Shown: positions 1-10,567 of the stretch, one piece after another
Position numbering within the stretch: the first letter of the stretch is position 1
Layout of the letters: each line of letters opens with the position of its first letter
From: Candidatus Microgenomates bacterium
Lineage (GTDB): Bacteria > Patescibacteriota > Microgenomatia > UBA8517
Length of the DNA stretch: 64,000 nt
Assembly (NCBI GenBank): GCA_049523135.1
Contig: JBEKNE010000001.1
Coordinates: 542,809 to 606,808, forward strand
Direction: 5' to 3'
The notes under the pieces: generated by a model
The model's database searches: none
Seen by the model: the letters and a program-made list of their open reading frames with translations, nothing else
Told to the model about the DNA's origin: nothing
Program-made: the position numbers and the translations under genes

Positions 1-1111
1 GTCTTAGGGCAGTCGTGACGTTAACCTGGCCGTCATAATCGGTTGCAAAGAAATCTTTACTTCCAACCATTGCCAATATTTCTCCGGTTTCCGGATCAAG
101 AACAATTGCGGCACCGTTTGTAATGTGCTGACTCTCAACTTTTGAAATTTCATCGGTAACTATCTGCTGGGCTTGATTCTGAAGATTGATATCCAAGGAG
201 GTTGTTACAGTTAATCCTCCTTGTTCAACAGCGGCTTGTCCGTAAGTGTTTTCAAGAATTTGCTCAACATACTGGACAAAATGCGGAGCATTAAGGCTTG
301 CTCCTTTGGGTTGAAATTGAACATTGGGAAGTTCCGCATCGGCAGCTGTTTCCTGATCTTTTGTGATATAACCGTTTACCTGCATCTGGCGAAGCACATC
401 TTTAGTTCTTTGAATATAAGCGGTAGGGGTTGATGAATAAGGTGAATATGTTGAAGGGGCCTGCGGCATACCGGCAAGGATGGCACATTCAACCAAATCG
501 AGGTCTTTTACATCTTTACCAAAATAAGTTTCGGCTGCGGCACCGACTCCCCAAGAAGTTCCCCCATAAGGAACCTCATTAAGGTACATTTGAAGTATTT
601 GGTCTTTTGTATATTTCTTTTCAATCTGGATTGCCAAAACAAGCTCTTCAACTTTGCGGATAATAGTTCTGTCATTTGTCAAAAGGGTGTTTTTTACAAG
701 CTGCTGAGTTAATGTTGAACCACCCTCGGCTCTCCCTGTTGTAAAAATTTTAAGGAAACCCCTAAGCATTCCGAGAGGATCGAAACCCTGATGGGTATAG
801 AAATTTTTATCCTCAATTGAAATTGTTCCCTCTTTTAAATAAGTTGGTATATCGGATAAATCAACGGGGGTTCTATTTTGATTTGCATAAATATCATAAA
901 GAAGGTTCCCGTTCCGGTCCAGTATTTTTGTGGAAAATCCCGTAGTTCTGACTATTTTATCAGGCGAGGGAAGATTAAAAGCCATCAGGGGCAGAATAAA
1001 AAAGAGGAAAATAAAAAAGGCAATTACAGCAAAAAAACCGATCTTGGCATATTTAACCAACTTGCGACTACGCTTTAACGACTGCCTGTATCTAATTCTG
1101 TCCCTCCACAT
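1..1111 (-). CDS. Class A penicillin-binding protein (transglycosylase/transpeptidase), runs off the window start
   Basis: Manual translation: MWRDRIRYRQSLKRSRK, TM helix, then transglycosylase motifs IEDKNFYTHQG, GGSTLTQQLVKN, RKVEE, YLNEVPYG. Absent from the ORF track because its stop lies outside the window. Confidence 0.9.
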   Translation of the reverse strand, partial: MWRDRIRYRQSLKRSRKLVKYAKIGFFAVIAFFIFLFFILPLMAFNLPSPDKIVRTTGFSTKILDRNGNLLYDIYANQNRTPVDLSDIPTYLKEGTISIEDKNFYTHQGFDPLGMLRGFLKIFTTGRAEGGSTLTQQLVKNTLLTNDRTIIRKVEELVLAIQIEKKYTKDQILQMYLNEVPYGGTSWGVGAAAETYFGKDVKDLDLVECAILAGMPQAPSTYSPYSSTPTAYIQRTKDVLRQMQVNGYITKDQETAADAELPNVQFQPKGASLNAPHFVQYVEQILENTYGQAAVEQGGLTVTTSLDINLQNQAQQIVTDEISKVESQHITNGAAIVLDPETGEILAMVGSKDFFATDYDGQVNVTTALR

Positions 1112-1158
1112 TGATATTCCTTGTCATTGTATCAAAACAGGCTTAATATTAAAACTGT

Positions 1159-2313
1159 ATGGACAAAATTGATGAAGTTTTAACAAGAGGAGTGCAACAA
1201 GTTCTACCGGATAAAAAAGACCTTCATGATTTGATGGCTAAAAGAAAAATTAGACTTTATCAAGGATTCGATCCTTCCATGCCATCTCTCCATCTCGGAA
1301 ATCTTGTTGGTTTAATGAAACTTCGACAGTTTCAAAAACTTGGACATGAAGTAATTTTTTTGGTGGGGAATTTTACAGGTATGATCGGTGACCCTACAGA
1401 TAAACTAGCAACCCGTCCAAAATTAACCCGCAAGAAAGTTCTGGAAAATGCAAAATCATGGAAGGATCAAGCAAGTAAAGTTCTTGATTTTGAAGGACCG
1501 AACGCCGCAAAAATTAAATTCAACTCGGAGTGGTTAGATAAACTAACTGCAAGAGAATTAATCGAAATATCTTCAAATCTTACCCATCAACAGATGATCG
1601 AGAGAGATATGTATCAGGAACGTATCAAAAAGAATGAAGTAATCTACTTTCATGAGCTTCTATATCCAATATTCCAAGGGTACGATTCTGTAATGATGGA
1701 TGTGGATCTGGAAATTGGAGGGAACGATCAATTATTTAACATGTTGGTTGGAAGAACTTTAATGAAAGCAATAAAAGGCAAGGAAAAGTTTGTTCTTACT
1801 ACCAAACTATTAGTCGATTCCGAAGGTAAAAAGGTTGGAAAAACTACCGGAAATGCGCTTTTTCTAGATTCAACTCCGGAGAATTTTTACGCGGGTGTAA
1901 TGTCTTTTCCGGATAGTGTAATCGAACTGGGATTTGAAATCTTAACGGAAGTCTCTATGGATGGAGTTTCAGAAAAGGTAAAAGAAAACCCAATGGCTGA
2001 AAAGAAACATCTGGCCTTCGAGATAATTAAACTACTTTGGGGAGAAGAAAAAGCTAAAGCCGCGGAAAAAAACTTTGAGCTAACTTTTCAGGAAAGAACA
2101 CCCGAATTTAATATTAAAGTTTCACGGCAGGATTCACTCGCCAAAACAATTGTTCCTTTCACAACACGTCAAAGCATGAGCAGTGCCAAGGAACTCATCA
2201 GACAAAAGGCGGTGGATGTTAACGGAAAAAATATTACCGACCCTAACTTTCAACTCAAAATTGGTGATAAAATAAAGGTAGGAGATAGAACTTTTCTAAA
2301 AGTAACTAAATAA
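1159..2313 (+). CDS. tyrS: Tyrosine--tRNA ligase
   Basis: GFDPS..SLHLGN (HIGH), YPIFQGYD, GGNDQLFN, KVGKT (KMSKS-like), C-terminal S4 domain. Confidence 0.97.
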   Translation: MDKIDEVLTRGVQQVLPDKKDLHDLMAKRKIRLYQGFDPSMPSLHLGNLVGLMKLRQFQKLGHEVIFLVGNFTGMIGDPTDKLATRPKLTRKKVLENAKSWKDQASKVLDFEGPNAAKIKFNSEWLDKLTARELIEISSNLTHQQMIERDMYQERIKKNEVIYFHELLYPIFQGYDSVMMDVDLEIGGNDQLFNMLVGRTLMKAIKGKEKFVLTTKLLVDSEGKKVGKTTGNALFLDSTPENFYAGVMSFPDSVIELGFEILTEVSMDGVSEKVKENPMAEKKHLAFEIIKLLWGEEKAKAAEKNFELTFQERTPEFNIKVSRQDSLAKTIVPFTTRQSMSSAKELIRQKAVDVNGKNITDPNFQLKIGDKIKVGDRTFLKVTK

Positions 2314-2314
2314 T

Positions 2315-2419
2315 ATGCTTGGCAAAAGAGGTAAAAAAATATTTGTAATTATAACTATTATTGCAAGTCTGGCGCTTCTAATCGGTGCTGTGCTTCCCTA
2401 TATCCTCTACTCACACTAG
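2315..2419 (+). CDS. 34-aa single-pass membrane microprotein
   Basis: MLGKRGKKIFVIITIIASLALLIGAVLPYILYSH; starts 1 nt after the tyrS stop; basic N-terminus plus hydrophobic helix. Confidence 0.6.
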   Translation: MLGKRGKKIFVIITIIASLALLIGAVLPYILYSH

Positions 2420-2435
2420 GGTATAATTGGCCTTA

Positions 2436-4448
2436 ATGGATTTAATTTCACCAATAACCGACTTGCCGAAAATCGGACCGATTTTTGCACGGAAATTTGA
2501 AAAACTGGGAATAAATACTGTCGAAGATCTTTTTTATCATGTTCCAAGTCATTATCTGGATTACTCACTGGTCACAACAATTAATAAACTCCATCCTGGC
2601 GAAACCGCAACAATTCATGCCGATATCGTCTCTATCAAAAACATTTATTCAAAAAGGGGTCTTAAAATGCAAATTGGGTCGGTGGAAGACCAGACCGGTA
2701 AAATTACCGTTATTTGGTTTAACCAACCATTTCTGATCAAAACTCTCTATCCGGGTCGTCTGGTTTCTCTTTCCGGAAAGGTTGGGTTTTTCAGTAGGAA
2801 GCTTTGCCTGACTTCCCCCGACTATGAAATTTTATCCGACAACCAAAAGGAAACCGTTCATACGGGACGATTCGTACCAATTTATCCCGAAACATCGGGG
2901 CTTTCTTCAAAATGGATCAGAACAAAAATGCGTGATGCATACAGTTCCGTTTCAAATAATATTGAGGATTTTCTTCCAGAGGAAATTTTGTCCAAAAATA
3001 AATTTGTTTCGTTAAACGATGCTATCCAGCAAGTACATTTTCCTAAAAATCTTGAGGAAGCGGAAGCGGGACGCGAAAGACTTGCTTTTAATGAACTTCT
3101 GGGACTTGAACTGACCAGTATGCACCGGAAAATCAACTGGAAGAAAAATAAAGTTGTCAATAAATTAAAAATTAATCAATCGATAATTAAAGAGTTTATT
3201 GAAAAAATTCCTTTTGAACTCACGAATTCCCAAAGAGTGGCAATTAATGAAATTCTGACGGATATGAAAAAAGATATTCCCATGAATAGGCTTCTGGAGG
3301 GGGATGTCGGTAGCGGAAAAACTGTTATAGCGGCAGTCGCCGCTTTTGCGGCATTTATAAACGGATACCAAACCGTAATTATGGCTCCCACCCAAATATT
3401 GGCCGCTCAACACTACGAAACATTTAAAAAACTTCTTTCTCCTTTCAATGTCAGAATTTCTCTGACCACTTCGGACGTTAAAAAATCGGATCTTGGCAGA
3501 AATGATATTTTTATCGGCACACACTCGCTGATTCAAAATAAAGTTATTTTTGACAAAGTTGGTTTAGTAATTATTGACGAACAACACAGATTCGGAGTTG
3601 AACAGAGGAAATATCTTGTCAAAAAAACCGGCGTGCCTCATGTTCTGACGATGACTGCAACCCCCATTCCCCGAACGATTGCCTTAACTTCATTCGGAGA
3701 CCTTGATTTATCCGTATTAATGGAAATGCCGAAAGGACGGATCAAAATAGCTACATGGGTAGTGCCCGAGAAAAAGAGAAAGTCGGCATACGACTGGCTC
3801 AAAACTCAAATCAAGAAACTCAATTCTCAAATCTTCATCGTTTGCCCTCTTATTGAAGACTCGGATGCGGAAACTCTTGAAGACGTAAAATCCGTTACTA
3901 CAGAATTTGAAAAGCTCAAAAAGATTTTTACAGGACAAAAACTCGGGCTCTTGCATGGAAGGTTAAAGCCTACCGAAAAAGATAAAATTCTAAACGATTT
4001 TAGAAAAAGGAGAATTGATATTTTGGTTACAACCCCCGTAGTTGAGGTAGGAATTGATATTCCCAACGCAACCGTAATGGTTATTGAGGCGGCAGAGAGA
4101 TTCGGGTTGGCACAGCTTCACCAGCTGCGGGGAAGGGTTGGCCGGGGAAACGTTAAATCTTACTGTTTGCTCTTCTCCAATTTTCACTCAGGTACGGCTT
4201 TTCAAAGACTCAAGGCTATGGAAAAATCCAATTCCGGATTTGAACTTGCGGAACTTGACTTAAAACTAAGAGGCCCGGGTGAAATATTCGGCACCGCACA
4301 AAGCGGCTTTCCCGAACTGAAGATTGCCAGTTGGAATAATTACGAGCTTATCAAAAAAGCAAGAGATGTTGCCACCGATATCATCAAAAATCCCAAAAAA
4401 TACCCTGCAGTTAAAGAAAACCTCACGGATTCAAAAATAATAAATTAG
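2436..4448 (+). CDS. recG: ATP-dependent DNA helicase RecG
   Basis: Wedge/OB domain, GDVGSGKT, DEQHRFG, TATPIPRT, QLHQLRGRVGRG, DLKLRGPGE. Confidence 0.97.
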   Translation: MDLISPITDLPKIGPIFARKFEKLGINTVEDLFYHVPSHYLDYSLVTTINKLHPGETATIHADIVSIKNIYSKRGLKMQIGSVEDQTGKITVIWFNQPFLIKTLYPGRLVSLSGKVGFFSRKLCLTSPDYEILSDNQKETVHTGRFVPIYPETSGLSSKWIRTKMRDAYSSVSNNIEDFLPEEILSKNKFVSLNDAIQQVHFPKNLEEAEAGRERLAFNELLGLELTSMHRKINWKKNKVVNKLKINQSIIKEFIEKIPFELTNSQRVAINEILTDMKKDIPMNRLLEGDVGSGKTVIAAVAAFAAFINGYQTVIMAPTQILAAQHYETFKKLLSPFNVRISLTTSDVKKSDLGRNDIFIGTHSLIQNKVIFDKVGLVIIDEQHRFGVEQRKYLVKKTGVPHVLTMTATPIPRTIALTSFGDLDLSVLMEMPKGRIKIATWVVPEKKRKSAYDWLKTQIKKLNSQIFIVCPLIEDSDAETLEDVKSVTTEFEKLKKIFTGQKLGLLHGRLKPTEKDKILNDFRKRRIDILVTTPVVEVGIDIPNATVMVIEAAERFGLAQLHQLRGRVGRGNVKSYCLLFSNFHSGTAFQRLKAMEKSNSGFELAELDLKLRGPGEIFGTAQSGFPELKIASWNNYELIKKARDVATDIIKNPKKYPAVKENLTDSKIIN

Positions 4449-4490
4449 GTTTTATTGCAACTTATATTAAACTCTTATATAATCTCACCC

Positions 4491-4901
4491 ATGCCGAAAA
4501 CCAAAGAAATAAAGGTTTTATATACAATCAAACCACGGAAAGAGTGGATTGAAGATATTCTCGCCAAACTGGATTTAAGAGCCGTTCCTTTCGATGATCT
4601 TGCAAAAGAATTCGGATTTGAGAAACCTTATTCACCTGAATATAACGACCTCATGTGTCTGGTATCTGATTTGATGGTGGATAAAAAAACAAGAGTCAAC
4701 ACAATTCCTGCACAAATAAAATCTGCCCATTTGGAAGGAACGAATATTTATCCGCTTTACCTCACAAACCAAGAGAAAGAACTGATAGAAAACGGTACTC
4801 TTCCAAGAGAGAACGAGTTCATTAATCTGCGATTACTTGCCAGAGAGGAAGAGATGAAAAGAACGATAATTTCCCATTTTTTACACCGTAAAGAAAGGTA
4901 A
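4491..4901 (+). CDS. Hypothetical protein
   Basis: Open frame with TATAAT 7 nt upstream of the ATG; no recognised motif. Confidence 0.6.
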   Translation: MPKTKEIKVLYTIKPRKEWIEDILAKLDLRAVPFDDLAKEFGFEKPYSPEYNDLMCLVSDLMVDKKTRVNTIPAQIKSAHLEGTNIYPLYLTNQEKELIENGTLPRENEFINLRLLAREEEMKRTIISHFLHRKER

Positions 4902-4941
4902 TTGCCAAGTAGCCCTTGTTTGATGTAAAATTCACGTTTGT

Positions 4942-5112
4942 ATGGTACCACTACCTAAACGAAAGCACACACGGAGCCGAACCGGAAAAAGAAGAGGCGG
5001 ACAACCTAAAATATCTTTAGGAAATCTGGTAAAGTGTTCCAATTGCGGAAAACTGAAGGAATCCCACCGAGCTTGCCCATATTGCGGTTTCTATGGCCAA
5101 AAAGTTAAATAA
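4942..5112 (+). CDS. rpmF: 50S ribosomal protein L32 (zinc-binding type)
   Basis: Manual translation [18 protein letters not shown]...[22 protein letters not shown]. Confidence 0.95.
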   Translation: MVPLPKRKHTRSRTGKRRGGQPKISLGNLVKCSNCGKLKESHRACPYCGFYGQKVK

Positions 5113-5114
5113 TC

Positions 5115-5498
5115 ATGAAGACTCCAACTGACCCAAGGCATTTAAGGCGCCGCGAAGCTGTCAAAAGCCTTTTTGCCGAAACCTTTACCACGCAACCACA
5201 CCCACCGGAGCTGGTAGAAAAAATTCTTAAACGAAAGAAAAAGATAGACAAACTTATTACGGTTGCTGCGCCTCAATGGCCGGTTGATAAGCTAAATAAA
5301 ATTGATCTGGCAATCCTGGAACTTGCAATTTACGAGCTCGAAAATGAAGATACACCGCCTAAAGTTGTAATTGACGAGGCCGTTGAACTGGCAAAGGAAT
5401 TTGGCAGCGAATCTTCATCTTCATTTATCAACGGAGTGTTGGGTACAATATATAAAGAAGAGGGAACCGATACCAAAAACAAAAATAATGGACAGTGA
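5115..5498 (+). CDS. nusB: Transcription antitermination factor NusB
   Basis: [36 protein letters not shown]. Confidence 0.95.
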   Translation: MKTPTDPRHLRRREAVKSLFAETFTTQPHPPELVEKILKRKKKIDKLITVAAPQWPVDKLNKIDLAILELAIYELENEDTPPKVVIDEAVELAKEFGSESSSSFINGVLGTIYKEEGTDTKNKNNGQ

Positions 5499-5730
5499 TT
5501 TTGATAAAACCAAACAAATAGTAAAAAACGAACTCGCCAGTTTTCTGGGAGTCGACTCGGGTGATATTGAAGACGATTTTTTACTGAAAGAGGATTTACA
5601 TATGAAGGCTTCCGATTTAACTGATTTTATGGAAGTATTGACCAGAATGAATCTCGATACGAGTGGAGTAGATCTGACTGAAACCGAAACTTTTTCGGAT
5701 CTTGTTGAGGCACTAACTTCACACCAATGA
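5488..5730 (+). CDS. Acyl-carrier-protein-like protein with a degenerate attachment motif
   Basis: 80 aa, very acidic, ACP-like pattern (LGVD..I..D..L.EDL...T(F)SDLV), located upstream of rnc as acpP commonly is. Confidence 0.7.
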   Translation: MDSDFDKTKQIVKNELASFLGVDSGDIEDDFLLKEDLHMKASDLTDFMEVLTRMNLDTSGVDLTETETFSDLVEALTSHQ

Positions 5731-6398
5731 AAAAAATAGATTTATTGCGGAAAGATTTTAAATCCGAGGCTCTTCTGGACCAAGCCTTGACGCACCGATC
5801 GTGGGTAAATGAGCACAAAGGAGCAAGGGGTTCAAATGAACGCATGGAATTTTTGGGTGATGCCATTCTGGAATTTGTTTCATCAAAAGAAATATATAAT
5901 GAATTTCAGGACAAAGAAGAAGGTTACTTAACCACCCTCAGGTCAAATTTGGTAAATACGGTTGCCTTAGCCGAAGTCGCCAAAAAATTGGATTTAGGTT
6001 CCTCTCTTTTCCTTTCAAAAGGCGAGGAAGATGGAGGAGGCAGGTCGAATACTTCACTTCTTGCCGATACCGTTGAAGCCATAATCGGAGCAATTTTTAT
6101 TGACCGTGGACTGACCGACGCTGAAAAATTTATAAAAGAAAATCTTCTGACCGATGTTGAAAAAAGAGCGTCACAACCCCTGAAAGATGCCAAGAGCAGA
6201 CTTCAGGAATACGTCCAAGCCAAAGGATTTCCTGCACCAAAATATCAGGTAATTGAAGAATCCGGACCGGATCACAACAAAAAATTTGTTATAGAAGTTT
6301 TGGTAAACGGGGAGTCCTGGGGAAAAGGAGAAGGAAAAAGTAAAAGTTCTGCGGAACAGAAAGCTGCTTGTAAGGTGCTCACAAAAAGGTTAAAATAA
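5727..6398 (+). CDS. rnc: Ribonuclease III
   Basis: ALTHRS, NERMEFLGDAIL signature, ADTVEAIIGA, C-terminal dsRBD. Confidence 0.97.
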   Translation: MKKIDLLRKDFKSEALLDQALTHRSWVNEHKGARGSNERMEFLGDAILEFVSSKEIYNEFQDKEEGYLTTLRSNLVNTVALAEVAKKLDLGSSLFLSKGEEDGGGRSNTSLLADTVEAIIGAIFIDRGLTDAEKFIKENLLTDVEKRASQPLKDAKSRLQEYVQAKGFPAPKYQVIEESGPDHNKKFVIEVLVNGESWGKGEGKSKSSAEQKAACKVLTKRLK

Positions 6399-6405
6399 CG
6401 CCCAT

Positions 6406-6624
6406 ATGGTAACAATTCGACTTTCAAGATTCGGTAGAAAGAAAGCACCCTTTTATAGGATTGTTGCTGTTGATTCCAGAAAGAAAGCAATCGGTGGAGT
6501 TTTAGAATTCCTGGGAACATGGAATCCTGCCAAAAAGGCTAAGTCAATCGACAAAGAAAAGGTAAATGCTTGGATTAAAAAAGGGGCAACCGTAAGCGCT
6601 GCCGTCAAAAAACTACTTGAATGA
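6406..6624 (+). CDS. rpsP: 30S ribosomal protein S16
   Basis: MVTIRLSRFGRKKAPFYRIVAVDSR. Confidence 0.97.
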   Translation: MVTIRLSRFGRKKAPFYRIVAVDSRKKAIGGVLEFLGTWNPAKKAKSIDKEKVNAWIKKGATVSAAVKKLLE

Positions 6625-6845
6625 AAGAACTACTCGAATTTTTACTAAAAGGGCTTCTGGATAAAGAAAAGTTTGAGATCGTCGAGGCCGAGGATAACGG
6701 AAGAATCCTCTACACTATCAAAACGGATCCGGAAAATGTTGGTCTTATAATTGGAAAGGGCGGCAGGATGATTAAATCTTTAAGAAATACCCTTAAAGTA
6801 AGAGCCACATTGGAAAAAACGGTAGTTTCCCTCAACGTTGAATAA
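6621..6845 (+). CDS. khpA: KH-domain RNA-binding protein (KhpA/YlqC family)
   Basis: GLIIGKGGRMIKSLR KH motif; conserved position downstream of rpsP. Confidence 0.85.
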   Translation: MKELLEFLLKGLLDKEKFEIVEAEDNGRILYTIKTDPENVGLIIGKGGRMIKSLRNTLKVRATLEKTVVSLNVE

Positions 6846-6848
6846 ACT

Positions 6849-7529
6849 TCATTGACCAAAAGGGGCAGTATTGCCTCCCGACGCAGAGGGAGTAAGAGTG
6901 GAAAAGACGGGTTGAATCAGACTGCTGATTTGAGTCAAAACCTGCTTTTCGGAAGAAGTTAGATCGGTAATCGGCTGGGTAACCGAAGGAATGACACTCG
7001 GATAAGGAGCCCAATAAGTCTTGGTTGTAACGTTAGCGGTTGCCTGTCCACCTGTTTCGCTTATACGGGCCGAACTTACCTGCGTAATGGGTGCAATTGT
7101 CTCAATATCATTTAGAAAAGTCAGAAGAGAATCTCTTGTTCCGTCCACCTGGAAAGTCGTGGTTACATTTGATAAACCGGATGTTGCGGCCGAACCGCCG
7201 GATTTAATATTCGTTAAACTTACTCCATCGCGGGCCGCGATACTTTTCAACTGAGACGAAGCGATTATCAGAGGATTTGTTTCCGGAATCGCAATCGCGG
7301 CTGCACTTATGGTATCTGTTGTTTGCGAAAAAGACTGCAGAATTGAAAGCTTTTGCGTCAATGTTGCCTTAACTACTTCCTGACTTGCTATCTGACTTCT
7401 TAAATCGTTAATTTTTGAAATACCGAAGTTTCCGACTACAAAAAAGAGAATTATAACTATGCTTAGAGGCAGAATAGCTTTCAAGGTCTCCTTGACACTT
7501 CCCGGTAATGATTTAAATAAATCTTCCAT
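6849..7529 (-). CDS. pilO: Type IV pilus alignment protein, PilO-like
   Basis: N-terminal TM, coiled coil, ferredoxin-like domain; follows pilM-pilN. Confidence 0.65.
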   Translation of the reverse strand: MEDLFKSLPGSVKETLKAILPLSIVIILFFVVGNFGISKINDLRSQIASQEVVKATLTQKLSILQSFSQTTDTISAAAIAIPETNPLIIASSQLKSIAARDGVSLTNIKSGGSAATSGLSNVTTTFQVDGTRDSLLTFLNDIETIAPITQVSSARISETGGQATANVTTKTYWAPYPSVIPSVTQPITDLTSSEKQVLTQISSLIQPVFSTLTPSASGGNTAPFGQ

Positions 7530-7532
7530 AAA

Positions 7533-8066
7533 TTATTTTCCAACCATACTTAATCCTACAACGTATCCTCCCGTCGGATTGTATCCAAACGACGTAAGAA
7601 CGACTGATTCAAAAAGATTTGAACTTTCAACCGATTGCATAAAACCGGTCAAATCTTCATTTGATTTGATATTCATTGTAAAACTGACTTTCCCGGAATC
7701 GACGTCCAGCTCACCTATAGAAGTATTTCCCGAAAGGTTTCCGATAAGAGAATATACGTCGGTAATGTTTCCCAAGGCGCTTTTTTGGGATTTTGCACTT
7801 TCAATATCTGAAATTCTGTCTTTAAGAAGAATAATTTGCTGTTCACTTGATTCTTGGGCCGAAACTTCAGACTTCAATTGATCGACACTGCTATTTAAAC
7901 CGTTTAACGTAATCGTACTGTAAACAAAATATGCACCGATTCCAACCGCAAACACCAAAAATCCGACAATAGAAATAACATTCAAAGCCCTAATGGTTTT
8001 TAAAGATTTGATCAGGCTTTTACTTATTAAAAGATTTTCTGGTAGTAGGTTAAAACTGACTCGCAT
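7533..8066 (-). CDS. pilN: Type IV pilus alignment protein, PilN-like
   Basis: FNLLP motif, TM helix, coiled coil; follows pilM. Confidence 0.75.
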   Translation of the reverse strand: MRVSFNLLPENLLISKSLIKSLKTIRALNVISIVGFLVFAVGIGAYFVYSTITLNGLNSSVDQLKSEVSAQESSEQQIILLKDRISDIESAKSQKSALGNITDVYSLIGNLSGNTSIGELDVDSGKVSFTMNIKSNEDLTGFMQSVESSNLFESVVLTSFGYNPTGGYVVGLSMVGK

Positions 8067-8073
8067 ATAAAAA

Positions 8074-9084
8074 TTATTCTCTTAAAGCAAGTCCCGCTGC
8101 TACCCCGTAAAGAGGAGCGTAAGGGGCTAGCTTTTTGGCTGTCTCGGGATCAACTTTTATTCTGGAAAAAGGATTGCCGACTAAAACCTCGAGTCCAAGT
8201 AACTTTGTAAGAGTTGAGATCACCTCGGGCATCCCGCTTGTTCCGCCGGAAACAATAAGCGCACCCGGTGTTTCTCCTTTTTCCTCTTGAAGGTAATAAT
8301 TTACGGCTTTTTTAATCTCGTCTGCAATTAATCTCATAACAGGATCAAGTACGTTTTTAATTTTACCTTCAAGCTGTCCTGCCTCAAGTCCGTATGTCTT
8401 TTTATATTCCTCCGCCTGTTGGGCGTTAATTGCCAGCCCCTGAGTTACTGCTCTTGTTAGGGCCTCTCCGGCAGTCGGAATGGAACGTGAGAATGAAAGC
8501 ATACCCTTATTAACAATCGCTATATTTGTGGAAATTGCACCCATATCTACCAAAAGAACCGTTTTATCAGACGGAGCTAAAGAACGCGCAAGCGCAACCA
8601 ATTCGGTTTCAATTGCAATCGGTGTCAAACCCGCAAATTGAATCACTTTTACATACTTTTCAACAACAGTCCTTGGAGCCGCAACCAAAAGCACCAAAAC
8701 CCCCGGTGGGGAACTTGTTTCATTCCGCTGCAAAATAGTGTGTTGAATTATTGCTTCGGAAACAGGAATCGGAATATATTGTTCCGCCTCCCATTTAACG
8801 GCAGAGGCGATTTCCGTATCGGTTAAAAGAGGAAAACTGATTGTTCTTGTAAAGACTAACGGCTCAGGAATAGAGATTACAACATCTTTTGAGGAAATTC
8901 CGGCTTCCGCATGGAGTTTTTTTATAACTTGTCCGAGTGAAGCCATTTCTTTATCATCAATCATCTTGTCCACGGTAATTCCCGAATAGCCAACCACACC
9001 TGAAGCGGTAAGAGAGAAAATTCCACCTTCCTTCTCAACTTCTACAATTTTGATAGTCTTACTTCCTATATCTATTCCGACCAT
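8074..9084 (-). CDS. pilM: Type IV pilus assembly protein PilM
   Basis: Actin-like fold: VGIDIGSKTIKIVE, WEAEQYIP, LVDMGAIST, VSGGTSGM, VAAGLALR. Confidence 0.93.
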   Translation of the reverse strand: MVGIDIGSKTIKIVEVEKEGGIFSLTASGVVGYSGITVDKMIDDKEMASLGQVIKKLHAEAGISSKDVVISIPEPLVFTRTISFPLLTDTEIASAVKWEAEQYIPIPVSEAIIQHTILQRNETSSPPGVLVLLVAAPRTVVEKYVKVIQFAGLTPIAIETELVALARSLAPSDKTVLLVDMGAISTNIAIVNKGMLSFSRSIPTAGEALTRAVTQGLAINAQQAEEYKKTYGLEAGQLEGKIKNVLDPVMRLIADEIKKAVNYYLQEEKGETPGALIVSGGTSGMPEVISTLTKLLGLEVLVGNPFSRIKVDPETAKKLAPYAPLYGVAAGLALRE

Positions 9085-9154
9085 AGCAGTGTATAGATAC
9101 ATTTAACTACATAATGATCCCTAACGTCAACAAAGAATAAAAACAAAGGAAGTG

Positions 9155-10030
9155 CTACTTGGTTAATCCGGCCGGACTGAATATGGAATTTCCACCGAAT
9201 GGAAATTCCGGCCAGCCTTGGAAAACATTTATCTTTCGGTTGCTGTTTCCGTAACTCCCTGTTGAAGAGTAATTTATTCCCTGTGAAGGTAGAGCGGAGC
9301 CTGTTACAGAAACTCCGACAGAATGAGCAACATCCGTATTATAAAGAAGCTTTATCCTAGCAAAAATGAGTCCATTTTGAGTTGTGTAAACAGCAGAAGG
9401 AATTTTCAAATCAGAGAAGTTTATAGTCTTCTGGAATGCAAAACTTGTATCCCAAGAGCAAGCTCCGGAATCAGGAGAAGCAAAGGAGTTTGAAGAAGCC
9501 CTTATGGAATTGGGGTCATAAGCTGCACGCGCTATTTCGGCAGTTGAGACAACGCCAGGAGAAGTTTCATAATAAATACTGATTTCGATTGCCGGAGTTG
9601 TTGCCGAATCACTAACCGTACCCGAATTCCCCCAACAAACATTCATAGAAGTTCCCGTAAAACATTGATGGGTAGAGTCGCAAATCATATTTCCGTCAGA
9701 ATCGTGGGCAATAAACCATGTTGTCATAGAATCACCCGAAAGAAGCGGAGCAGGGTAAGCAAAATTCTGCGTACTGGCAAGAGCCGTAACGGAAGATTTA
9801 TAAGTGGCGGAGCCAATATCGGTAGAAGTACCCGAACCGGTTCCAATAACCAGGGCATTTTCAATTCCTGCCTCAGCTGCAGAAAAAGCCCTTACGGAAT
9901 CCGCTTGGCCTGAGGAAACGGAAACATCGGTAATTGAACGTGACAGAATATAAAGAACAATTGTTAAAACTACCGCCAAAGAAAGAAGAACCAGCACGAG
10001 GGCTTGCCCCGACTCACTTTTTCGTCTCAT
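9155..10030 (-). CDS. PilX-like minor pilin
   Basis: SG|QALVLVLL N-terminus lacking Glu5; AFSAAEAGIE motif. Confidence 0.8.
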   Translation of the reverse strand: MRRKSESGQALVLVLLSLAVVLTIVLYILSRSITDVSVSSGQADSVRAFSAAEAGIENALVIGTGSGTSTDIGSATYKSSVTALASTQNFAYPAPLLSGDSMTTWFIAHDSDGNMICDSTHQCFTGTSMNVCWGNSGTVSDSATTPAIEISIYYETSPGVVSTAEIARAAYDPNSIRASSNSFASPDSGACSWDTSFAFQKTINFSDLKIPSAVYTTQNGLIFARIKLLYNTDVAHSVGVSVTGSALPSQGINYSSTGSYGNSNRKINVFQGWPEFPFGGNSIFSPAGLTK

Positions 10031-10066
10031 TAATCCAGTTTAGCAAGGCAGTTGTCTAATTGCAAT

Positions 10067-10567
10067 TTAATAATTCCTCAAATAAATTTGCGTGGAGGCC
10101 GTAACACTGGCTCCCAAAATCCCCGAAGCGGATGCGTCCTGAACCGATAAATTAATTGTTACCAAGGGGGGATTATCCGAATCGGGAGGAGTACAAATAA
10201 ATGAACAGTCCGTAATTTTAATGACACTTGATGTTAATCTTGCAGAAGATGAAGCTACATAAGAATCGTCCGACCCCGTATTTACGCAGGAAAACGAAGC
10301 GGGATTACCGTTTTCATCCAGATAACTAATGGTATTTGATGCCGTTCCCGAGCAATCGGGAATAGAATTTGCATTCCTGATATTTCGTTCAATTACCCCC
10401 AAAGAATAATTAAGGTTTTCTCTTGCACGGATTAAAGATTCGCTTTTTTGTGTCCCTTGGAGAGTCAAAATAATGGAACCGGTAACTAAAATTCCAAGAA
10501 TGGCAAAAATAGTTATAACAACCATTATTTCGATAAGACTAAATCCTTTCACTAAAGTTTTTTTCAT
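10067..10567 (-). CDS. Minor pilin (PilW-like)
   Basis: KG|FSLIEIMVV prepilin motif. Confidence 0.85.
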   Translation of the reverse strand: MKKTLVKGFSLIEIMVVITIFAILGILVTGSIILTLQGTQKSESLIRARENLNYSLGVIERNIRNANSIPDCSGTASNTISYLDENGNPASFSCVNTGSDDSYVASSSARLTSSVIKITDCSFICTPPDSDNPPLVTINLSVQDASASGILGASVTASTQIYLRNY

